A DNA stretch of 64,000 nucleotides, taken from contig NW_027271547.1 in assembly GCF_040938485.1 (NCBI RefSeq), positions 62,001-126,000 of the forward strand. Reading direction: 5' to 3'. The translations under genes and the position numbers were made by a program. Shown here piece after piece: positions 50,726 to 60,641 of the stretch. The DNA comes from Diadema antillarum. Its lineage: Eukaryota. The notes below the pieces were generated by a model. The model made no database searches, was not told the origin of the DNA, and was given only the letters and a program-made list of their open reading frames with translations. How positions within the stretch are numbered: position 1 is the stretch's first letter; each line of letters begins with the position of its first letter.

Positions 50726-50873
50726 CACAAATGTCAAAATTACCACAAATTTCATAACACGTCAACCACATAATGGCAAAATTACCACAAATGTCATAAC
50801 ATGTCGACCACAAATGTCAAAATTTCCATTTTTACTGCAAATGTCATAACGCGTCAACCACAAATGTCAAAAC
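50726..50873. repeat. Degenerate minisatellite (CCACAAATGTCAWAA-based)
   Basis: About seven imperfect CACAAATGTCA units, with related units at 51010-51050. Confidence 0.7.
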
Positions 50874-51416
50874 TCATTGCTTGCATTATAATAATGAAAA
50901 AATAGCGAATCAGATTTTAATTAAGTTGATCAACGTTTGTTTGTTTGTTTGTCCGTCTGTCTGTCTGTTTATTGGGATGAAACTTTGTGTTTATATGAAG
51001 TTTGATCCCAGAATTACCCGCAAATGTCACAACGCGTCAGAATTACCCGCAGTTGGCCCGCATCTGACAATACCTAGCACGTATCTCGCCCGTAGTTCCC
51101 CGGAAGTGCGCACGCAAGTCCGATTTACCCGCATTCAAGTTTTGAGCATGACCAAAACTTTTTCCACGTGAGTCGCGGTAATTGCCTGCAGAGGTCCAGA
51201 GGTCAATGTCGAATTAAAACAAACAATGACATAATACCACTGACAAACCGAATACAACTAACAGAGAGCTGATATGTTTTATCATATCATAATGAAAAAT
51301 AAAGTTTGAAAATCCAACTTTATATTCTGTTGAAATCACGGCTGTGCGGCTCCATCCATCCACTACCTCTCGTCTTGTTATAGTCTTCTTCTATCTTTTT
51401 TTTTGGTTTTTTATCT

Positions 51417-51594
51417 NNNNNNNNNNNNNNNNNNNNNNNNNNNNNNNNNNNNNNNNNNNNNNNNNNNNNNNNNNNNNNNNNNNNNNNNNNNNNNNNNNNN
51501 NNNNNNNNNNNNNNNNNNNNNNNNNNNNNNNNNNNNNNNNNNNNNNNNNNNNNNNNNNNNNNNNNNNNNNNNNNNNNNNNNNNNNNNNNNNNNN
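51417..51594. other. Assembly gap (178 N)
   Basis: Run of n. Confidence 1.
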
Positions 51595-51937
51595 CAGCGA
51601 CTTAGTGTAGGGATTTGTTCAGGTTTTTTGTTTCGGATTAGTTAGGTTAGTTATAGGTCTTTTTGTCTTAGTTTCTTTGTTTCATCCACTTTTTATGTAT
51701 ATCTGTCAATCAATCAAACAATTTCTTGTATTACGTGTGGGGGGAATGCACCCTACAAACCCAGCTTTTTAGCATTAGTCCCCACTTCCAACATTTCCGT
51801 ATACTTACATTTTTTGTAAACTTATCTTTTATTTTGTATTATGATGAAATCTGTGTATTCAATTCCTGTAATATATTTATATGTTTCTGTTGGAAATTAA
51901 CAAAATAAATAAATAAATGAATGAATGAAAATGAATG
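51595..51937 (+). mobile_element. 3' end of a CR1/L2-like LINE, same family as 33292-33606
   Basis: Homologous sequence, hairpin and AATAAA/(GAAT)n tail; 5' part lost in the N-gap. Confidence 0.6.
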
Positions 51938-52094
51938 ACGAAATTGTAGAAATAGATACACAGTAAAAGCGAGACGCAAAGGTCATGAGCCTTTAATGTA
52001 CAGTGCACAACAAAAGGAAAGTTGGATACAGGGGCCTACTGACGTAATATTTTTCTCTCTATACCATCGTAGGAAGTGACTCAGTGAAGAATTC

Positions 52095-52222
52095 CGCAGA
52101 CACTTGGTCTTCAGATCCCGGGTTCGAGATCTCTGGCGGCAGTTGTTGTGTTCTCAGGCGAGGCATTTAATCCCTATTTCATTCATTTACTTATTCATTC
52201 ATTCACTCACTCATTCATTCAT
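52095..52222 (+). mobile_element. Probable SINE remnant with (TTCA)n tail
   Basis: GGGTTCGAG B-box-like motif followed by GAGGCATTTAATCC and TTCA repeats. Confidence 0.4.
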
Positions 52223-53169
52223 TTTTTTTCTATCTCTGACAGAAACAAACAAATATAAAATTTTACGGAAAGAGTGCATTTATCAACATTGAAGTGCATA
52301 GTATATAGAATATACAAGTATACATTGAGTAAGGAAGGTGAAATTATTTTATGAACATGTGACAATGCTTGAAAAGGAGAGGGATGTAAAATAAGCAACT
52401 CTTTGAAGATCCACTGCCCCCAAACTTAATACTACAAATTACATAACTGATATAACATTGAATAGAATTTTCTCTTCCTTCGAATGGGAAATGAAGCAAC
52501 TATATCCGTGGTAGCTAAATTGTACAAATATCTTCAAATTCCCTATAGTAATAGCGTGAAGTTAGTCCAAACTTGCACATGTTCAACAACAGCAACAAAA
52601 ACAAATAGTAAGATAGACACAGGTAATCACTATTTAAGATTTAATCATATATGGCCAATGGTAGTACATAGACCAGAATTTACGTATGCATATTAAGGAA
52701 CAAATGTGCAATTTTTTTTTCAACCATATCGGTCTAAGTAGATTCAACGTGAAATAAAAAAGTTTAGAATGCTAAAATTTGGAATAGATGTCTTCCTGTT
52801 CCACCGTGGGTATAATGAGCTGCATCCCATGCACTAAAAGTCAAGATGTGGGGGCAAGTGGATTCGATGACCGCTGAAAAGTTGAACCGAGACCCATTCT
52901 GACATCCTAAAGAACTCGGTCTATGCCAAAGACTACTTTATGCAGCTCAACCAGGAGGGGAGGTTCAAACTAGGGAGAAAATGTTTCTTACTATAGGAAC
53001 AAAGAACTGGAACAAGGGCACAGTGAATTATTGAATCAAGTCAGACAAGTGATACACTTATCAATCATTGAAATAATACTCAGTAGGCATCTCCCACAAG
53101 AATAACTTAAAGATAAAGATCAGTCAGATTTGTACTATAGGATTTCAAAATAGGGAATAATTGCGTTAC

Positions 53170-53445
53170 AATTCAGTTCACTTGAATTCAATTCAAATTT
53201 ATTTCCGTTTTTCCACAATAGCATAAGATTTGTACATCTCACTTTCTTTAGTTACAAAAATCATGGAAACAAAATAATATGGATTGAACAGAGTAAATAA
53301 CAATGATTGTATACTTACAGCAAACATACATTGTAATGAGACTAAAGTAGTATGAAATAAAGTGAAATATCAATATGCACTGTGCAAAAAACGGAGAAAC
53401 GCACTGAAAGGACAATGCTTGTAGAGTGTGGGCCCCTCATGACAA
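53170..53445 (-). mobile_element. Probable CR1/L2-like LINE 3' end, minus strand
   Basis: Minus strand reads GAGGGGCCCACACTCTACAAGCATTG...AAATAAAT-(TGAAT)n. Confidence 0.45.
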
Positions 53446-55288
53446 AAACAACAAAAAAATCATTGAAAAATATAGGTAAAAACCGGAATGCAAAGCAACA
53501 ACAATTTTGGAGAAAACAAAAACAAATCTTGGATATTTCAAGATTTCACTTTTTTTTTTAATTAGGAAAATTGTGAATGATATTTGGTTGTTGAATTTGT
53601 CTAATTAATTCTAAAATTACTAAGTTCAAAAAATAAGATAAAGAAATTCTGTTAATTGAGTAATCTTTGTGCCATTGCTCCAAACATGACCTACATTGTC
53701 CTATGTCATTGAAGTTTGAGTTGACAGAAAATTCTCATTTCCCCTTTTAGTTTCCAACTTTGCTTTTGTTTGAGGTTATGAAGAGATAAAGAGAACGTAA
53801 AACATATATTTCCTATTTTATTCATGTCTCTCATTGTGTTAAACTGGTCTTTTGTTGTCTGTCACTATTATCTTGAAGGACATTTGCAAATTTTTAATTT
53901 TGTGCCTTGGAGGGCAAAAAACCGATGTGTTCTCTCATACGTAACTTTCCCCTTGTATTATGTTCCTAGCTTGATAGCCAACATTAACTTTAATATGGTA
54001 CATAACGCATTCAGTCAGTCCGCAGCGTGAGCGAAAACGCATGTATTTATTCAAGTCGTATGCACGGCTGAGCGGTGCTTGCATACGTAATGAGCAGATA
54101 CATGATCATGAATAAATCCGTGTAGAACGAGTATTTCTCGTCAGTTTTCGACACTTTTAGTATCGACTGAAAGAGAAAACATAAGCAAATATGCTCATGA
54201 TCAAAATAAACGGAAAAGAAGAATAAAGAATATCAAAATCCCTCTCGAAGTTCGGTATTGTATTCAAAAAATATTCCTTCACGTTTGACGCCAAAAAATT
54301 AACCTGAAATTTTTCATGCCCCTCTAAAATATGGTGAAGACTATGTCCGCTAAGGTATATAGTATCACAATAAGGGCACGTTTTCCCATCTTCATTTCAA
54401 TACGGGTCAGGAACTAGCAAAATTCAGAGACATGTCTAGCGTCGAGTTTAAAAAGATTATCCTCGCATTCGCACCGGAATTCCGGGTCTGTGATTGGTCG
54501 AAATCTGTCGCAAGACGCGGCGTGTCGCATTGCGTAGTATCCATTGGCTGCTGACTCAATGCTGTGAGTTTTAAATGTTAGGTTCCAAATTGTGATCGAA
54601 TTTTCACTCTCTGTACAAAACTTGAACTTTACACAGGAACCAATGATGTGTATGTGAGTGTGCACTTACAATGACCCTGAACAATGGACCTGGCTGCCAC
54701 CTGTCCCGAGCTCTGCTGCAAGGCACATGAATGCTTAATCAATTATTCATGTGGATTGCCCCGAGCACTGCTAGTCTGAATTCTTGACACAGGGTGAAAT
54801 GCATGCACATGAAAGAAGTAAGCACATGTTTCCATGTGCTTGCACACACCACATTTCAGAATGAACAAAGACTAGCTGCGATAGTGGAATTCCTCATGAA
54901 ACATTCCAATCCTGGCCATTGTCCACGACCATTGTCTGGGTATCAACAACACATTCCACGCGTGTTCATTCACTACCCCACTTCCAGTAAGAAAACATAA
55001 TTTGCCTTGTTTTCAACAGGAAAATTCACAACCTTAAAAATGGTGCCCCTCTTCGTTTTTTAATTGATCATACTCGCTCAAGTTTCACGATTGTGAAATC
55101 GAAGAAATTACGGAGATCTATTTTCAATACCAGTCAGGAACTAGCAAAACATCAAACTATGATCTAAAAGCTTCTTGAACATTGGCAAAATAATCGTTTA
55201 CTTTGATGCTAAAATGGACTACTATATTGACATCAAAAATAGGGAAATTAGGTATCAAATTAATGAGCATAATCAGCTCTATAACTTA

Positions 55289-56748
55289 CAGTCAGTCCGC
55301 AGCGTGTGCGATAATGAGGCACGAACGACAATTTTATTCAGAATCACGTTTACGCAGTTTGTGCCCTTGAGACTGACGAGATTTCGCGATACTTTGCGAG
55401 AGTTTTTGCAGAGGTCGCAACAACAGCTTTCATAGCTTTCGCAGTGCATTGTTTGATCCAGAATGGTTAGGTAAGTTATAGAGCTGATTATGCACATTAA
55501 TTTGATACCTAATTTCCCTATTTTTGATGTCAATATAGTAGTCCATTTTAGCATCAAAGTAAACGATTATTTTGCCAATGTTCAAGAAGCTTTTAGATCA
55601 TAGTTCGATGTTTTGCTAGTTCCTGACTGGTATTGAAAATAGATCTCCGTAATTTCTTCGATTTCACAATCGTGAAACTTGAGCGAGTATGATCAATTAA
55701 AAAACGAAGAGGGGCACCATTTTTAAGGTTATGAATTTTCCTGTTGAAAACAAGGCAAATTACGTTTTCTTACTGGAAGTGGGGTAGTGAATGAACACTC
55801 GTGGAATGTGTTGTTGATACCCAGACAATGGTCGTGGACAATGGCCAGGATTGGAGTGTTTCATGAGGAATTCCACTATCGCAGCTAGTCTTTGTTCATT
55901 CTGAAATGTGGTGTGTGCAAGCACATGGAAACATGTGCTTACTTCTTTCATGTGCATGCATTTCACCCTGTGTCAAGAATTCAGACTAGCAGTGCTCGGG
56001 GCAATCCACATGAATAATTGATTAAGCATTCATGTGCCTTGCAGCAGAGCTCGGGACAGGTGGCAGCCAGGTCCATTGTTCAGGGTCATTGTAAGTGCAC
56101 ACTCACATACACATCAATGGTTCCTGTGTAAAGTTCAAGTTTTGTATAGAGAGTGAAAATTCGATCACAATCTGGAACCTAACATTTAAAACTCACAGCA
56201 TTGAGTCAACAGCCAATGGATACTACGCAATGCGACACGCCGCGTCTTGCGACAGATTTCGACCAATCACAGACCCGGAATTCTGGTGCGAATGCGAGGA
56301 TAATCTTTTTAAACTCAACGCCAGACATGTCTCTGAATTTTGCTAGTTCCTGACCCGTATTGAAATGAAGATGGGAAAACGTGCCCTTATTGTGATACTA
56401 TATACCTTAGCGGACATAGTCTTCACCATATTTTAGAGGGGCATGAAAAATTTCAGGTTAATTTTTTGGCGTCAAACGTGAAGGAATATTTTTTGAATAC
56501 AATACCGAACTTCGAGAGGGATTTTGATATTCTTTATTCTTCTTTTCCGTTTATTTTGATCATGAGCATATTTGCTTATGTTTTCTCTTTCAGTCGATAC
56601 TAAAAGTGTCGAAAACTGACGAGAAATACTCGTTCTACACGGATTTATTCATGATCATGTATCTGCTCATTACGTATGCAAGCACCGCTCAGCCGTGCAT
56701 ACGACTTGAATAAATACATGCGTTTTCGCTCACGCTGCGGACTGACTG
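55289..56748 (-). mobile_element. Nested copy (element 2) of the same ~1460-bp DNA transposon, reverse orientation
   Basis: Both TIRs present; sequence is the reverse complement of 56772-58230; flanked by CTTA and TTGA. Confidence 0.92.
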
Positions 56749-56771
56749 TTGACCCAGGATGGTTGGGTAAG

Positions 56772-58230
56772 CAGTCAGTCCGCAGCGCGAGCGAAAACGC
56801 ACGTATTTATTCAAGTCGTATGCACGGCTGAGCGGTGCTTGCATACGTAATGAGCAGATACATGGTCATGAATAAATCCGTGTAGAACGAGTATTTCTCG
56901 TCAGTTTTCGACACTTTTAGTATCGACTGAAAAAGAAAACATAAGCAAATATGCTCATGATCAAAATAAACAGAAAAGAAGAATATAGAATGTCAAAATC
57001 CCTCTCGAAGTTCGGTATTGTATTCAAAAATATTCCTGCACGTTTGACGCCAAAAAAATAACCTGAAATCGTTCATGCCCCTCTAAAATATGGTGAAGAC
57101 TATGTCCGCTAAAGTATATAGTATCACAATAAGGGCACGTTTTCCCATCTTCATTTCAATACGGGTCAGGAACTAGCAAAATTCAGAGACATGTCTGGCG
57201 TTGAGTTTAAAAAGATTATCCTCGCATTCGCACCAGAATTCCGGGTCTGTGATTGGTCGAAATCTGTCGCAAGACGCGGCGTGTCGCATTGCGTAGTATC
57301 CATTGGCTGTTGACTCAATGCTGTGAGTTTTAAATGTTAGGTTCCAGATTGTGATCGAATTTTCACTCTCTATACAAAACTTGAACTTTACACAGGAACC
57401 ATTGATGTGTATGTGAGTGTGCACTTACAATGACCCTGAACAATGGACCTGGCTGCCACCTGTCCCGAGCTCTGCTGCAAGGCACATGAATGCTTAATCA
57501 ATTATTCATGTGGATTGCCCCGAGCACTGCTAGTCTGAATTCTTGACACAGGGTGAAATGCATGCACATGAAAGAAGTAAGCACATGTTTCCATGTGCTT
57601 GCACACACCACATTTCAGAATGAACAAAGACTAGCTGCGATAGTGGAATTCCTCATGAAACACTCCAATCCTGGCCATTGTCCACGACCATTGTCTGGGT
57701 ATCAACAACACATTCCACGAGTGTTCATTCACTACCCCACTTCCAGTAAGAAAACGTAATTTGCCTTGTTTTCAACAGGAAAATTCATAACCTTAAAAAT
57801 GGTGCCCCTCTTCGTTTTTTAATTGATCATACTCGCTCAAGTTTCACGATTGTGAAATCGAAGAAATTACGGAGATCTATTTTCAATACCAGTCAGGAAC
57901 TAGCAAAACATCGAACTATGATCTAAAAGCTTCTTGAACATTGGCAAAATAATCGTTTACTTTGATGCTAAAATGGACTACTATATTGACATCAAAAATA
58001 GGGAAATTAGGTATCAAATTAATGTGCATAATCAGCTCTATAACTTACCTAACCATTCTGGATCAAACAATGCACTGCGAAAGCTATGAAAGCTGTTGTT
58101 GCGACCTCTGCAAAAACTCTCGCAAAGTATCGCGAAATCTCGTCAGTCTCAAGGGCACAAACTGCGTAAACGTGATTCTGAATAAAATTGTCGTTCGTGC
58201 CTCATTATCGCACACGCTGCGGACTGACTG
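56772..58230 (+). mobile_element. Nested copy (element 3) of the same DNA transposon, forward orientation
   Basis: Both TIRs present; 1459 bp; flanked by TAAG and TCAA; no long ORF. Confidence 0.92.
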
Positions 58231-59679
58231 TCAAACAATGCACTGTGAAAGCTATGAAAGTTGTTATTGCGACCTCTGCAAAAACTCTCGCAAAGTATCG
58301 CGAAATCTCGTCAGTCTCAAGGACACAAACTGCGTAAACGTGATTCTGAATAAAATTGTCGTTCGTGCCTCATTATCGCACACGCTGCGGACTGACTGCA
58401 TTGAATTTCACCCATTTTTTTTTTAGAAAATATGAACTCGAAAAAAGTATTTACTTTTTTCTGAGTGCATATACATATAATATACATGTAGTTATTTTTT
58501 TTTCAACTTGAGGGTTGAAAGGGTATGGTGTTGAAAAACAACAGCAAAACCATTTCCTTTAGGAAACTTCATAGGAAGTCTCACCATACTTCGAGGGAGC
58601 TGAATCTGAAAGTGGTTGATGCAAAATTTACGTCCTTGAGGGTTTTGAGATTTTCAAGATTTTTGGTGGTCATTTTGGCGGAGATCTGTTATCTATTTAT
58701 TTTTTCTTATCTTGATTTTCTATTCAAATCGTTAGCCGCATGTATCTTTGTTTAATTTACTGTTGTGCCACTTTGTAAGTCAGGTTTTAAACTGAAAGGG
58801 CTACCCTGTGAAAATAAAAGGGAATGAACAAATTAAAAAATAAATAGATGCAAGAGTAGCATCATCCATGTTCGGATTCAGCAACCTCGAAAAAAAAAGA
58901 ATTATTAATTCATTTTTAATCTATATAATATTATATTCAATTTACTCTCAAGGATGAAAGAGTTGCCTCACACAAACTCGGAGTGATCACCTTCGAAATA
59001 AGCTAAAACCATCATTTTTTTTCCAATTCTCAATATTATAAGGAAATGCATGGGAATTTCCTATTCTTCCGGCCATGTTCAATGTCTAAAAATCCTCAAA
59101 AAGTAAAAAAAAGAAAAAAAAAGAAAATGCACAATCCAGATTCAGATACAGCACCCTAGGAAGAGGGTTGCCTATTAAAACAAAACAAAGCAAAGCAAAA
59201 CAAAAACAAAAACATTGGACGGACGGAAATCAAGGTTCATTCATGGCACCGAGACTAATATGATTATTTTCTATAACTCATCCCTTTATAATTCTGCTTT
59301 TGGGTGGTGTACGGAAAAGTGACTACTACTCTGTAATCTTTGGGACTAATAGCAGATTTAGTGACACGATTTGGTTCCCTCGTTAACAGTATATGCTACA
59401 ATTCAGAAGCGTCCTAATCGCTGTAATCTTCGCCTCCTTACAAAAAAAAAAAAAAAAAAAAACTTTTATGACAGTCAAATTCAATGACTTCAAGGACCTA
59501 TTATACCTCTTAACGAATCTTCTTAACTAGGAATTTACCGCAGACAAAACTCTCGGGCACACAAAGGAGGGTGTTCTGTGATTCGGGTCTCGGGGGGCTT
59601 CATCCTCCTGAGCTGCAGAATGAAAGGGGCTGGTGTTTACCAAAATCCAAGAGTAAGTCGAGAGCCATGGGTGTGGTGG

Positions 59680-59687
59680 TATAAATA
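59680..59687 (+). promoter_or_regulatory. TATA box of copy F (TATAAATA)
   Basis: Canonical TATA box about 60 nt upstream of ATG 59747. Confidence 0.65.
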
Positions 59688-59746
59688 CAAGCAACCCCCT
59701 CTCGGTCCTCTTATTGTCCTTGAGCGCTCCTCCGCACTCAAACAGA

Positions 59747-60092
59747 ATGTATGCCCTCCTAGCCAGTATCCTCTTTTTGTCGTCCCTGGTCTCGGCCCAG
59801 GACAACTCGGGCGACCTGCCGCCCAGCATCATCGAGGCGCTCGCCAATCACCAGGACAACCCCGAGCTCCTGGCGCTCCTGCTCCAAAATGGCCGCTACC
59901 GTGACACTCGCGAAAAGCCCAACATTGTTCTGCTCGTCGCCGACGACATGGGCGTCGGCGACCTGTCGGTTTACGGTCATCCGACTCAGGAGCCCGGCTA
60001 CATCGACCAGTTTGCAGGGGAGAGCATGAGGTTTACCAACGCATATGTCGGGGACTCCGTTTGCACACCAAGCCGATCTGCTTTCATGACAG
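59747..60092 (+). CDS. Ars: Arylsulfatase copy F, exon 1 (divergent paralog; the rest lies beyond the window)
   Basis: ATG at 59747: [18 protein letters not shown]...[10 protein letters not shown]...[28 protein letters not shown]...[12 protein letters not shown]. Phase-1 donor G|GTAGG at 60092/60093, the same intron position as copies A-E. No exon 2 found before 64000. Confidence 0.9.
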
Positions 60093-60533
60093 GTAGGAAG
60101 AAAAAAAAATGCTTTATTACAAGATCAGGAGAATACAGGAAAAAAATCATAGAATAATTGGTGGATAAAGAACGGCAGAGAGTTAAGTAGACAAACTTAT
60201 AGACAGAGGGTTAATAGATAAAGATGGAAACACAAATGAAGATATCAGTAGATTATAAGATAGACAGGAGGGTTTATACTTCGACAGATACAGTAAGATA
60301 CACTAAGATATCAGAAAGCTAATGAATAAACCGTTTTCGTAATGTATTCAAGTTTATCGGACAGGTATATGGGACAAACGTAATGTGCTTCATTCCAGGG
60401 AACAAAGTGACGAGCAAGGCTATTCCATTAACCTGCTCTTCTTCAATGAAATTCAATTGATGGGATCCAGTCTTCATATATTACTCGTTGCTATGTCGGT
60501 CAAGCCTCGAACTAGGATTTCAGGGTGTCATTA

Positions 60534-60641
60534 GGCGTTTTCACATCAGCCAGATAAAAATCCAAGCTCGAGATATTTTTTAACTTCCCAAGTCAGAAAA
60601 TAGCGAAACATTTCGAAACATCGGGCTGATGTGAAAACGCC
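60534..60641. mobile_element. Short MITE / perfect inverted repeat in intron 1 of copy F
   Basis: ATTAGGCGTTTTCACATCAGCC (60530-60551) is perfectly complementary to 60624-60645; TA flanks both ends. Confidence 0.7.

Larger units (their letters stand above)
54012..58398 (+). mobile_element. Host non-autonomous DNA transposon (element 1, ~1460 bp when reconstructed), split by two nested copies
   Basis: TIR CAGTCAGTCCGCAGCG at 54012 and its reverse complement ending at 58398. 4-bp TSD CATT at 54008-54011 and 58399-58402. Left part 54012-55288, right part 58231-58398. Confidence 0.9.

Noticed and set aside
58063-58398. Simple 168-bp tandem duplication of the element's right end
   Set aside because: Better explained as the displaced right part of element 1: it has its own SNPs, starts with the TCAA TSD and is closed by the CATT TSD.
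54414-58426. Repeated 68-154 aa ORFs in the nested transposons as a transposase or toxin-like system
   Set aside because: Short, with no DDE or other motif; repeated only because the element is repeated. The 154-aa ORF's internal repeat comes from the el3/el1 junction.
59714-59746. N-terminal extension [11 protein letters not shown] of copy F
   Set aside because: Begins at TTG only ~27 nt after the TATA box; ATG 59747 gives a normal signal peptide.
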